A DNA stretch of 64,000 nucleotides from Callorhinchus milii (taxonomy: Eukaryota): positions 99,946,001 to 100,010,000 of the forward strand of contig NW_024704742.1 in assembly GCF_018977255.1 (NCBI RefSeq), written 5' to 3'. The notes beneath the pieces are model-generated. The model was not told the DNA's origin. It saw nothing but the letters and a program-made list of their open reading frames with translations, and ran no database searches. Positions within the stretch are counted from its first letter, which is position 1, and each line of letters begins with the position of its first letter. The position numbers were made by a program, and so were the translations under genes. Below are positions 1 through 11,434 of the stretch, piece by piece.

Positions 1-432
1 CCCGGAGGATCAAAATCAAGATCCTCATCCTCACTTTCAAGCCCATCCATGGCCTTGCCCCTCCTACCTCTCTGACCTGCTGACTCCCTACCAACCTGCC
101 CGCTTCCTCCATTCAGCGGGCTCCGGCCTGCTCCATGTCTCTCGCCTGACCCGCCCTACCATCGTGGTCAGGCTTTTAGCCACTCTGCCCCCACACTCTG
201 GCACTCCATCCCACAGTCCCTTCGCCTTGCTTCTTCCCTTGCCTACTTCAAGGCCGGTCTCAAGACCCTCCTCTTCGATCGTGCCTTCAATCGCCTTCCC
301 ACCTCTCTGCCTTCCCTCACCCCTACCCCACCCGTCCTCCATCCTCGGGTCCTGATCCCTGAGTGTCCAGCGCCTTGGGACATCTGCCCGACATGAAAGG
401 AGCTCTATAAATGTAATTTTGTTGTTGTTGTT
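1..432 (+). mobile_element. L2-clade LINE, 3' fragment (window starts inside it)
   Basis: Encodes the L2 ORF2 C-terminus (RIKIKILILTFK..HGLAP.YLSDLL.PY), then a pyrimidine-rich 3'UTR, the terminal stem-loop CAGCGCCTTGGGACATC...GACATGAAAGG and a (GTT)n tail ending at 432. Homologous to 7600-8061. Confidence 0.92.
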
Positions 433-439
433 CTATACT

Positions 440-513
440 TGAAGTGCTTTGAGACATCTCAATGACATGATAAGGCGCTAAGTCAAATGCAAGGATTATT
501 ATTATTATTATTT
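440..513 (+). mobile_element. SINE 3' tail remnant with (TTA)n
   Basis: GAAGTGCTTTGAGACATCTCAATGACATGATAAGGCGC...CAAATGCAAGGATTATTATT matches the 3' end of the SINE at 9083-9412. Confidence 0.8.
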
Positions 514-514
514 A

Positions 515-732
515 TGCCTTCAGCCACTACACTCTGAACCTGGTGAAGTCCCTGCTATCATTCCTCCACATTGCCCTCTCTTTACCCATCTTCAAATCAC
601 ATCTGGAGACTTTCCTCTTCGACTGTGCCTAGTCACTTCCTCCCTGTCTCAGTGTTAAACTCCATCATTGTTCAGCAATCTTAGACGCTATCCCGGCCGA
701 AGGATGCTATATAAGTGCAAGTTAATGTTGTT
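515..732 (+). mobile_element. older, diverged L2 3' fragment
   Basis: GCCTTCAGCCACTAC...CTTCAAATCACATCTGGAGACTTTCCTCTTCGACTGTGCC and a degenerate GCTATATAAGTGCAAGTT..GTTGTT end, colinear with the other L2 3' ends. Confidence 0.7.
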
Positions 733-2147
733 TTTCCCAGCTTGGTGCTGAACTACCTAACATCGTTTACAACACAAAACTCACTGGGTATGTACAGTAG
801 TTCTTAAAAGATATAAACCTCATCTGAGTACATACTTACAGAAATTGAAAATTAATCACTGTATTTAAGAATTTGCAAACTGTGGATGCTCTGAAATGTT
901 ACTTTAATAGAGTAGATCTAGATCCAGATGGAATACATAATCTACATTGTTTTTTTTGCTTGAGTGATGGGACAAGCAACAAGAAATTACATTTACTTAG
1001 CGCCTTTCACATAGGGAGGAAGCTGGAGGCTAGTTAGCTACCTAATTGGCAAGCCTGCCTGCCTGGGTTTTCCTGGTACTCCAATCCAGTTTAACCTTAG
1101 GGAGACCCCACATATCCCTTCCCCTTTATCAACGCAATAAGAGTGATGGGCTAAATGGATCCATTGTGATTTGCTCCCACAACCTTTTGGTGTCAAGTCG
1201 GTTTCTCATCCACCTGAGCTACCCAGCATGTTTCAAAATACAAACCTCAATGGGAACAAGGGCCACCGATATCACTATAACCACTCATTTCCAAATCTGC
1301 TCCCTCTGCTCCTCCATCAGAAGTTCCAGTCACAGCTTTCCTGTCCTCTGAATCTCTCTTTTTCAAATACTTCTCTCACTCCTAAATGCCACTCTCTGAT
1401 CTCGTCATCCTTACCTTTAGTCTTAATTTATCCACCTCTTGCTAATTGTCCCTCACTCCCCATTATCAAACCGTTGAAAAGTTATTTTACGTGAAGAGCA
1501 TTACACAAGTGAATGATATTGCTGCTCAATGCAACAACCTCTTATGTAAATGGGACGCCTGAATGGCAGTCCTTCAACATGTAAAAACCTCTTGTGTACC
1601 TGGATCACTGGGTACAACACACCTTTCAGCACACAGATCTCACGGTGTAACTTTCTCAAGACTCACTACAGCTCATTTCACTCTATTCCCTTCTTTTCAG
1701 TAAAGCACTCTGACACTCTGGTGACGTCACAATTGTTCATAGTTATCACCCGATTGTCCTCTGCCCCTCTCGCAATGCCAGACCAATGCATCACTCTTCG
1801 ATTCATTTCCTTACCTCATACTAATCTCAGCAATATTATGTTAACCACAGGAGAACAAGTTCCAAGTCAGTTATGTTTAGTGCCCAGAGTATTGTTTCAG
1901 TATCTACTTTATGTTGCTGATTTATTTTGGTCATTTAATCTGCACAGTGAATCCAACTTTCATATTGTTTGTTCTTCCTTGACTTAAAAGCAGCAGTTTC
2001 ACTGAAGCAATGTTTAACATCTGTTTTGATATCAAGTCATGATGTCAGCAAGCTTCCGATATCACTTTCACAACTGATTGTTTGGTGAGGAGCAAGAGAG
2101 AATCCTGAATAACGTGAGGGAGTTTGAAATCAAGCCAGGATAGCAAC

Positions 2148-3350
2148 ATGGAATTCAGAAGAGGAAGAGATAATTACCCATCTCGAGTAAGACATTGGAA
2201 TATTAATATGGGAACAGGCAGAGTAATTGAAAGATCTCCATCATGGGATAGGGGTCAGTACAGAGAAATTGAGAGCCCTTGGGAACGAGATAGAGATTGG
2301 TACAGAGATATGGAGAATAGGAGGAGGATTGTAGATTTAGAACGAGAATGGAGGGATTTACGCAGCAGGAGAGAAGCAGAACGTATGAGAAGGTATCCGG
2401 AAAGCACAATGGATTTGGACAGAAGGTGGGAAACAGAGACATGGAGAAATTATCCAGAGTATAGAGGATGGAACAGCTGGAGGGAACAAGAGAGATGGAA
2501 TGAGTATCCAGAACGAAGAAGGAGAAATGTGGACACCAGGAGGGAAATAGAGAGAGCGAGAAGATATTCAGAAGAGGGAAGAAGCAAGAGAGAAAGTATG
2601 AGACAGTATCCAGAACAACGAACTAGAAGTTTGGCTAACAGGGAGCAGATCAGGACTGCGCGAGAACATACACAGCGGAGGAGAAGTCAAGATGGCAGAA
2701 GGGACACAGAAAGACAGAGAGAGCATTCAGGACAGAGAAAGAGCAAGTCAGATAACAGGAGAGAATCAGAGAGAACAAGAGTGTATTATGACCGGGGAAG
2801 GCAAGGCTCAAATATTAGGAGGCAAGCACAGGAAAATAAATATTTGAGTAGCACTGGACACAGGGTAGAGAATAAAAGTTCAGGACATCAACAGAAAAGA
2901 TCAGACACCAGAAGGAAATCAAGGAGTGATAAAGAGCACCACCGGAAAAGCTCACATAGCAACCAGGAACAAGGGCGAGAGAGAAAGAAGACTCAAAAAC
3001 AGCGCTCAAATACAACAAGGGAGAAAGAAAGAACAAAAAAGAAATCAGGACACAGGTCAGAGAATACAGACAAGAAGAGGATGGCAGAAAGAGGGAGGGA
3101 AAGTACAAGACATCGAGGGAGCAGCCGAGGTAGGAAAATGGAAACTGGTAGAGAGAGAGAATCTTCATCGAGGAGAGATATGAGGAATGTGAGACAGAGA
3201 CCAAGGCAACAAGAGCAAAGTAATGAAATCCGAAGGAGAGAGCGTAGAGAGAGAGGCAGAAGCCGAGACAGTCGGAGAGTGAGAGAGCAGTCAGGACAGA
3301 AAAGGAGAAGCAGCAGTAACTGGAATGAAATTGGGAAAGTGATAAGATAA
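2148..3350 (+). CDS. putative single-exon CDS, 400-aa Arg/Glu/Ser-rich low-complexity repeat protein (unrecognised; trichohyalin/RS-like in composition only)
   Basis: Longest ORF in the window, with no similarity to TE proteins. First in-frame ATG at 2148 is in strong Kozak context (AACATGG); the ORF track's start at 2124 is a TTG. Stop TAA at 3348-3350. About 103 Arg in 400 aa by hand count, no Cys. Candidate acceptor (pyrimidine tract + AAG/CAG/CAG) near 1965-1996 and AATAAA at 3713-3718. Confidence 0.6.
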   Translation: MEFRRGRDNYPSRVRHWNINMGTGRVIERSPSWDRGQYREIESPWERDRDWYRDMENRRRIVDLEREWRDLRSRREAERMRRYPESTMDLDRRWETETWRNYPEYRGWNSWREQERWNEYPERRRRNVDTRREIERARRYSEEGRSKRESMRQYPEQRTRSLANREQIRTAREHTQRRRSQDGRRDTERQREHSGQRKSKSDNRRESERTRVYYDRGRQGSNIRRQAQENKYLSSTGHRVENKSSGHQQKRSDTRRKSRSDKEHHRKSSHSNQEQGRERKKTQKQRSNTTREKERTKKKSGHRSENTDKKRMAERGRESTRHRGSSRGRKMETGRERESSSRRDMRNVRQRPRQQEQSNEIRRRERRERGRSRDSRRVREQSGQKRRSSSNWNEIGKVIR

Positions 3351-5848
3351 TCGCGATGGCAACAGGGAAACTGAGAGAGTTCAGCACTGTTATTTAAACA
3401 AGTACAACAAACCTGTGGTATACCAATGTTTTATGCTGCAAATTAATGTTACGTACAAACTGGCTTGACATGTTTTCTGTAGTTTCCTCTCAGAACTATA
3501 ATTCTTTCATCAGGTTGGATGAAATAATATTGTTCACTACAAGTAAGACAAACAGAGAAAGAAAGGAATTGCTTGGCCCGTCTCTAAGCAAGGTGATGGA
3601 AAGAGAGTGCTCAAAGTCCTTCTGTTGGTGCAGACAGAGCAGCCCTCACTTCCAGGTGAGGCAAGCACATGGAATAATGGAACAAAGTGGATAGATTAGT
3701 CAATGTGTGATTAATAAATCTGAAGGTGAGAGGGGGTTACTTTAATTCACCCAAGCAAACTCAACCAAACTATCCAGTTTTTCATTTATGCGGTCATTGC
3801 ACACTCAACTATCCATGGAATGGAGAAAAGAGAGATTGAGACAGCGAAGAGAGAAAGAGAGAGAAAGGGGGCTCTTAAGAAGGCTACAAGCCTGTCAGCT
3901 TGCTGAGGCTGCAGAGAGTCTTCCCCTGACAGAAGGTATCAGGGAAATCAAAGCCTCTGGAGTGGCTATAAAGATGAAGAGGATGAATGTCCCTGGCAGT
4001 GACTTAGGCTTCACGTTGCTGAATGAAATATTTTCAATGCTAGCCTGCTTTGAGCTGGCTATGGTCAAATGACTTGACTCAGTAATTGCTGGATACTTCA
4101 GAATGACTGAATATTAGTGTCCCGAAACAAGCAAGATCTTCAGAACAAAGCTGCTCAAAAGCCATGTGTGTCCCATCTTGATGTGGTCCCAGGTGCTACT
4201 GTTTCCAGTGAAGTGTCTCAGTATGGAACTTTTTTCAAGCACTTATTCCAGATAAACAATATGGATTATTTCAGATTGTTGCATGATTTATACACACAGC
4301 TATGAGGTGAGATCAATTATTCTGCAAAAAGTCCAATCTATTTACCAATAGGATATTTATTGGGTCATCCAAAAGATGATAATACCTCAGGCATTTCTCG
4401 ACTGATTCTACCTGGACAGTCACCTCATCTGAGGTTTGATCTCATAGCCTTCTGGCCCAGTGGAGAGAGTGCAACCACTAAACCAAGTTGATAGAAGATC
4501 ACTATTATTGGGCAATGCAAACAAAATATTGTGGAAAGTGCCAGTAAATTATGATCAATTTATTCAAGTGTTTTTCTGTTTATATTTCTATCTTGTTATA
4601 ATTTTGCCATTAGAAGGGACTGCTCAGTCCATAAACTTCAGGCTCAAGATACTTTAATAGGTTTTGGAATTAGAGCCTCATATTTGTTTTACTTCGCACC
4701 TGTGACAACTCTGTTTTATGTGCCATGAAAGCAGGGTTTGAGCAGCAAAAGAGAAATTTAAATAAAAGAAGAGGCAATGCTTGACAGAACGACAACTGGA
4801 TTCAACTGAGTACTAATCTTAAACCCATGCTGAGATGGAGAGGCGATCCGCTGATTGTCACAGCAGTGCATCTACATGTTCAGGCACTCCACACAGGAAT
4901 CCAGAGTGACCAGGATTTAAAAGCAGCTACCTGAAATAGTTAGTACTTTCTATTCAGAGTACAACATCTTGCCTCTTTCAAATTGGACAAAATGCTATTT
5001 TGTATTGGTTCAATAATATAATAATTTTTTTGTACATTTTTATTTTGAAAGAAGATCTCATCAAACTCACCCTCAGACAATTTGAAGGGCAGGGAATAAA
5101 GTAAAAATTAGAGTCATTGCAGACTGCTGCTTTTTCATTTGTTTTTTCAAATATCATTTGTGTGGTTTATTGTGTATTCCAAGAAATGCTGACAAATTAT
5201 TTCCTCTTTGAAGTGATAACATTTTTATGGTCAAAGTTCATCCAGGGAATAGCTGAGCCACATAGGCCTGGAGAGCCCCAGGTTAGAAACTCTGTACTCA
5301 ACTAATCATACATAGAGTGAAAATAGAAACACTTCAGTGCCTAGGTTAGCTTGTGGACAATCAGCCACTCCCGAGGCTACAATTCCACCATCCAAACCTA
5401 AAATTAAGAGATTGCACAGAATTGTGGAAAATCCCTAAATCTTGGACTCAATTTTTGAAAAACAGTTCTTAAGAAGGTGGTCAGGGTTCCTTTCTGACCC
5501 AACACCCACACTGCTTCAGATGAACTCCTTAACTGTTGTCACATCTCCACCATTAACACTCTTGTCCTCATCAAACTCACTCAGAACCATCTGGCCTTCC
5601 TGATATAATAGTCACCAACACTCTCTTAATTTTTGAGTCTATTCAACAGCGCACCCGTGACATAAAATACAATTGGTTACTCACTTCATAGCTGTACGCG
5701 GGATATTGTTTGCAGATATTAACTACTGCATTCACTTACAAAATGCACAGTTGCTACACTTTACAGTAAAACCTGTGAAGCGCTTTGAGCCATGCTTCTG
5801 AAATGAAAGACATTATATCAAATGCATAAAGGAAAGAAATCTATTAAA

Positions 5849-6468
5849 CACACCGCAGGCCTCTGAAACCCTCATATACGCTTTAATTACATTGAGGCTT
5901 GACTATGCAAACTCATTGCTTGTCGGTCTCCCAAAGTCTTCCCTTATAGGCTGCAGATCATCCAGAACAATACAGCCAGCATCTTCTCCCGCACTAGGCT
6001 CCGTGACCCTATCGCCCCCATCCTTGCCCGACTCCACTGGATTCCCATCACACAGAGGATACAGTTCAAGATCCTGATCCTCACCTTCAAAGCCCTCCAT
6101 GGTCTTGCTCCCCCCTACCTCTGCGACCTCCTAACCTCCTACCAGCCTGTTCACTCCCTCCATTCCCTCTGGCCTGCTTAATGTTCCCTGCTTCGTTTGC
6201 CCCACTATTGGAGGGTGGGACTTCTGCCACTCTGCCCCCACTCTCTGGAACTCCATCCCATAGTCCCTCCACCTCGCCCACTCCTTTGCCTCCTTCAAGA
6301 CCCATCTCAAGACCCTCCTCTTCAACCTTTCAATCTCCCTGCTTCACCCTGGCCCTCCACCCTCCCCGACCCCAACCCCCAGTTCGGGTCCGAAACTCTG
6401 CTGTCCAGCGCCTTGGGATGTCCTCCCGATGTGAAAGGCACTATACAAATGTAATTTGGTTGTTGTTG
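5849..6468 (+). mobile_element. L2 LINE 3' fragment (frameshifted)
   Basis: RLDYANSLLVGLPKSSL..LQIIQN..LHWIPI.QRIQFKIL motifs typical of the L2 ORF2 C-terminal region, plus the 3' stem-loop and (GTT)n tail. Confidence 0.93.
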
Positions 6469-6471
6469 AAT

Positions 6472-8061
6472 ACATTGAGTCCCCCTCTCCTCTGGCTCTG
6501 TTTGCATTCCCCTAAAAACTGCCACCATCACTCACACTTTGAAAAAACCCTCCCTTGATGCGTCGCAGCTATCAAGCTACCGGCCCTTCTCCAACCTCCC
6601 CTTCCTATCCAAGGTCCTTGAAAGAGTCGTCGCCTCCCAGCTGCGCTCTTTCCTCTCCACCCATTCATTATTCAAACCACTTCAGTTGGGTTTCCATGCT
6701 GCCCATAGCACAGAAAGTGCCCTGGTCAAGGTCACTAATGACATCTTGACCATCTGCGACCAGGGCTCTCTCTGCCTCCTCGTCCTCCTCGACCTATCGG
6801 CCGCATTCAATACGGTCGACCACGCTATCCTCCTCCACCGCTTGTCCTCCCACCTCAACCTTCAAGGGCCTGTCCATGAGTGGTTTAGGTCGTACCTCTC
6901 CCACCGTCTTCATTTTGATTTCACAAACAGCTTTTCCTACAGCCCCCGCACTGTCTCGTGCGGTGTCCCTCAGGGCTCTGTCCTTGGTCCTCTCCTCTTC
7001 ACCCTCTATATGCTCTCCCTCGGTGACATCATCCGCAGACATGGGGTTAACTTCCACATGTATGCGGATGACACCCAACTCTACCTTTCCTCCTCTACCC
7101 TCAACTCCACGACCACCGATGTCCTGACAGCTGCCTGTCCGACATCGAGTCCTGGACGAGAGACAACTTTCTTCAGCTCAATGGGCGCAAAACTGAAGCC
7201 CTCCTGATTGGCTCACGTCAGCGCCTCCGCACCTCAGGCGCTGACAGCATCAGCATCCAAGGCTGCACTCTCCACCTCTCAAAGCCAGTCAGGAACCTCG
7301 GGGTTCTGTTCGACCCTGAGCTGTCCTTTTTTCCTCATATCCGCACCACAACTGGCACCGCCTTCCATTACCTCCGAAACATCGCCAGACTACGGCATTA
7401 CCTCACCCCTCATGCTGCTGAAACACTGGTCCACGCCTTTATCACCTCAAGGCTGGACTATGGGAACTCTCTCCTCGCCGGCCTTCCCACCACCTCCCTC
7501 CACAAGCTGCAGGTCATTCAGAACTCTGCAGCTCGTGTACTGTCCCGCACCAGGCTTCGGGACCACATCACTCCCACCCTCGCTCGCCTCCACTGGCTCC
7601 CCATCCCCCAGAGGATCGAATTCAAGATCCTCATCCTCACCTACAAGGCCATTCATGACCTTGCTCCCTCCTACCTCTCCGACCTACTATCCCCCTACTT
7701 AACTGCCCGTACCCTCCGTTCCTCTGGCTCCGGTCTGCTCCAAATCCCCCGCCCCAACCACCCTACCATCGGTGGCCGTGCCTTGAGCCTCTCAGTCCCT
7801 AGGCTCTGGAACTCCAGCCCCCAGTGCCTTTGCCTTGCTTCCTCCCTTTCCTCCTTCAAGGCCGGTCTCAAGACGTTTCTCTTTGACCGTGCCTTCAGCT
7901 CCCCTCTCGACTCTCTACCCCCTCCTCGCTCCCTCCCTTCCCTCCCCTCACCCTGACCATTTCCCCCCTGCTCGGGTCTCGACCCAACTGTCCAGCGCCT
8001 TGGGACATCCTCCCGACGTGAAAGGCGCTCTATAAATGAAGTCTTGTTGTTGTTGTTGTTG
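6472..8061 (+). mobile_element. L2 LINE, 5'-truncated, containing the reverse transcriptase domain (frameshift near 7135)
   Basis: ORF 6539-7207 has YRPFSNLPFLSKVLE, LVLLDLSAAFNTVDH, GVPQGSVLGPLLF and YADDTQLY (RT motifs). It continues in a shifted frame through the C-terminus, 3'UTR, stem-loop (7994-8029) and (GTT)n tail. Confidence 0.97.
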
Positions 8062-8969
8062 AATCCTAAAGGTTAATTCAGACAGAAATGTCAAAAATCT
8101 AAATAATATTCAGAGGCATCTTCAAAATAAGAATAACAAAAATAATAGGATATTGTAAAAAATGTTGAATGTGCATCCTAGCAATGATAACAACTTGTGT
8201 TTATAAATAGCACCTTTCATGTAAGATAATGTGTAAGCACTTCGCAGGGGAAGAATTTGAAGCCACTGGCGTTAGACAAGGAATAGCAGATGCTGGACAC
8301 TGATGGGGAATAATATGTGGTATGCGTGTGACATGGGTAATGTAAAATTGTTTTTATGTGATTTTATCGGCTCGCATGCATTTCTGTGTCCAATTGCTAT
8401 CCTCCAAATATTTGTTTATCAATGTATATTCCTTCCCCTTTGAGAGAGCGCTGGCAAATTAAAGTATGATTGAAGCTTATTAAAATGAAGTGACCTGGAC
8501 TCAGAAAATGTGCTTCAATTTAAATTAAGTGCGTAGAATTCACTGCTCTCGTGGGGATTGAGCAGAGCTTTCAATTTTAAAAAATACTCACAGTATATAA
8601 AGTCTATCCGAGCTTTCTTGATGATAGCAGAGAGTGAGTGTTATTGATGGTAAATCTTGGCAGCCTCAGTGGACTGAGGAATGACTGAATTTGCTCCTAG
8701 ATAGGGATCGGATTAAAGGTCACCTTTTGGAGAGCAACCAAATGTTTCGTTTGTGAACAGAGCTTAAGTCCCCTCAAGTTATTTCTCTGTCTGGAGAGGA
8801 ATAAGGATGCTGTGTGCTGATAAATTGTATTACGTAGTGGTTAGAAGCGTGAATAAAAGAAAATGTTATTCATGAGCCTTCTTTGTTTATGTTGTAAACA
8901 TGTGGTAATGAATATGTGGTAATTAATAAGCCACCATCATAAAGTGGAAATTCAAAGAAACTAAATGGT

Positions 8970-9080
8970 TAAGTCATTTCGCCCACAAATATATAGTCAA
9001 TTCACTTTACAGTCTATTCTGTGAAGCGCTTTGAGATGCCTAGAAGACGTGAAAAGCACTATATCAAATGCAAGGATTAT
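8970..9080 (+). mobile_element. tRNA-SINE 3' fragment
   Basis: Near copy of 9285-9390 (CGCCCACAAATA...GTGAAGCGCTTTGAG...CAAATGCAAGGATTATT). Confidence 0.88.
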
Positions 9081-9082
9081 TG

Positions 9083-9412
9083 TGGAGTCCTGTAGCTCAG
9101 TGGTTAGAGCACTCGCTTTGCAAGCGAGAGACCTGAGTTCAATTCCAGGCAGGGCGAAACCTTGGGCAAGTTTCCTTACTCCACACACCTAATAATAATC
9201 CCTCCAAAAAACAAAACAATAATAAATTGGTCATTTTCAATCTACGACTGTTTGTGGGACATTGCTGTGCGCAATTGGCTGCCGCATTCGCCCACAAATA
9301 TACAGTCAATTCACTTTATAGTATGTTCTGTGAAGCGCTTTGGGACGTCCTCCCGACGTGAAAAGCGCTATATCAAATGCAAGGATTATTATTATTATTA
9401 TTATTATTATTA
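9083..9412 (+). mobile_element. full-length young tRNA-derived SINE (L2-type 3' end, (TTA)n tail)
   Basis: Head TGGAGTCCTGTAGCTCAGTGGTTAGAGC (A box)...GAGTTCAATTCC (B box), with anticodon-like arm CTCGC-TTTGCAA-GCGAG. The 3' stem-loop is shared with L2. Near-identical inverted copy at 51912-52233. Confidence 0.95.
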
Positions 9413-10252
9413 AATGTCAGATGTGGCTTGGGCCCTGTGATTACTGGCTGCACTATACACAGACATTGTCCTATAAAGCTCTCCCCTTGGGGTTTTATAT
9501 CACAAGAAAAATATAACAAAATATTTATCACGAGAAGAGAGACAAAAAAAGTTTAAAAAAACAGAATTTTGAAGCACATACTTGACTTAGGAGTGATTAT
9601 CCTGGAAATGTTCCATTGCCAACCATTCACATTGCCCATTAGGTGGAAGATTTAACATCTCTGATATGCTTTGTAGCACCAGTGACTTCTCCAGTTTGCA
9701 GTGTTAAACTGCATATGACATTTAATATGGATGATGTACCTTGTGTGATATAATAGGTGTAGGCAGAGCCAATGTTAATGGCTGCCAGCTGTTCTCTTCC
9801 TCGATTATTTTATCGCCGTAAAGTTTTTAACAGTTCACGATAAAAAAGTGTTTCAGAGTAAAAAATTGACAATGCGATCAAGACGTACAACTGTAAAGCA
9901 GCACAGCTTTAGCATGTTGTCCCAGTAAACGCAGCAATAAACAACCTGGTGAGTGCTGTGAAAATGGAAACCAAATAGTTTGATGTACCATGGAATTGGG
10001 AGTGACACTGGTATTAAATTCAAATATGCTACAATTATTCATACATCAGTCAGATCAGAATTAAATCACAGGCAAACCCACCATTTTACCACAAAACCGC
10101 ACAGACGCCATTCGCACTGGGTGCTGTTATGAAAAGAAGTGACTTTTGACTGTGACACTGCCTCTGAGCTCAACGCAGTGAGAAAAATATGTGAGTCCTA
10201 AAATCCTTCACAGTCTTAGCCTCAAAACAATTGCCTTAAAATATAACTTTAG

Positions 10253-10375
10253 GCAGAATTGTGGAAAATTCTTAAATTCAGTCTTAATTTGGAGGCCTGT
10301 ATACTCTTAGAAGAAAGTGAATTGTGTTGACTTTCAAATTAAGTTTGAATTGAAGAATTTGCCAAAAAATCCTGC
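10253..10375. repeat. palindromic MITE-like dispersed repeat
   Basis: Left arm GCAGAATTGTGGAAAATTCTTAAATTCAGTCTTAATTTGGAGGC pairs imperfectly with right arm GACTTTCAAATTAAGTTTGAATTGAAGAATTTGCCAAAAAATCCTGC. Relatives at ~5414, ~30899, 33418 and 62241. Confidence 0.7.
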
Positions 10376-11434
10376 ATGATTTTTAAAGTTGAGACCATGA
10401 GAAATTTCATTGCTCTGGAGTGCAGCATTCAGTATGGCACTATTTATTTTTGCTGCACTGCAAAGGAGTTCCTCCTCTGTTAAAAAATATCAATTTTAAC
10501 AGACTGGCTCTCAATCACTGTTCAGCATTGAGAACATTCACGCTCAGATTCTGCCACTTGCATCTGTAAAATCAGTTTTACAGTTAGAGGTTTGGACAGG
10601 TTCCAAGAATACTGAGTGCTCTCTTCAATTTATAATTCACTCTGACTCTCGCTTCAGTTTTCACATCAATTTATCAGAATTCAATGTTTGGATTAAGCGT
10701 GTCTCTATGGGAACAGATCTATCTTACAGCAGAGACTGATAGGGCTGTTTTGATATTGACATTTTAGGGCCAACAGAGCTGAATTTTTTTTGGTATTCAA
10801 GTTCATTGGGTATAACAAAGCATCTTCTACTAATCCTGTCTTTGCTGATCCTGCATATGGAATACCCCAAATTCCCATTACTGTCACTTATTGTGTCTAT
10901 GGAAATATTCAAAACCAACCTATGCTGAATTCAAAGCCAGGTATCAGAAGTGAAACTAAGACTTTTTCAACATTCAAAAGAAACGTCTCACAGAGGATCT
11001 TCTAGTGGTATATAAATTTAGGGGAGAAAATAGACCTAGAACAATACCTGCAGATACACTAAGGCAACAGGACAAGGTTCAGGTTGTGAAGAATAGACAC
11101 AAGAGGTATTTCTTTACAGGAAGTATTTTTCATTAACAATTAGAAGAGGTTACCGAGAAAATTGGTTAAGGTCAAGGTGCTGGACTCATTTAAGAAAGAG
11201 ATTGATGCTATAACTGATGGGTATTCTGTAAGGATGAGAATAAATGGGCTAAAGCATCTTTTTCAAAGTAACTGTAAATATACATCATTAGAGTTTTGAG
11301 GTGTTTCGATGATGTAATAAGGCACTATATTAAATGCAAGCGATTATTGTTAATTATTTGTGTTCACTTGTGAAAAGCCAATATGCTACTCACTTTGCGA
11401 AGTCAAGTTTGTTTGAATTGAGTACACTTGTTCG

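Noticed and set aside
1550..1987. 145-aa ORF
   Set aside because: No recognisable domain or coding-like composition; likely a chance ORF.
2815..3387. 190-aa hydrophobic minus-strand ORF (also 2203-2442)
   Set aside because: Antisense shadow of the purine-rich plus-strand ORF; its S/L/F bias follows from the CT-rich strand.
6539..7702. RT-containing ORFs as host genes
   Set aside because: Frameshifted, 5'-truncated L2 ORF2. The same applies to the CR1 ORFs at 11887-13889.
9083..9157. tRNA-Ala(TGC)-like cloverleaf with A and B boxes
   Set aside because: It runs straight into a SINE body and (TTA)n tail and recurs with variable anticodon loops, so it is a SINE head rather than a tRNA gene.
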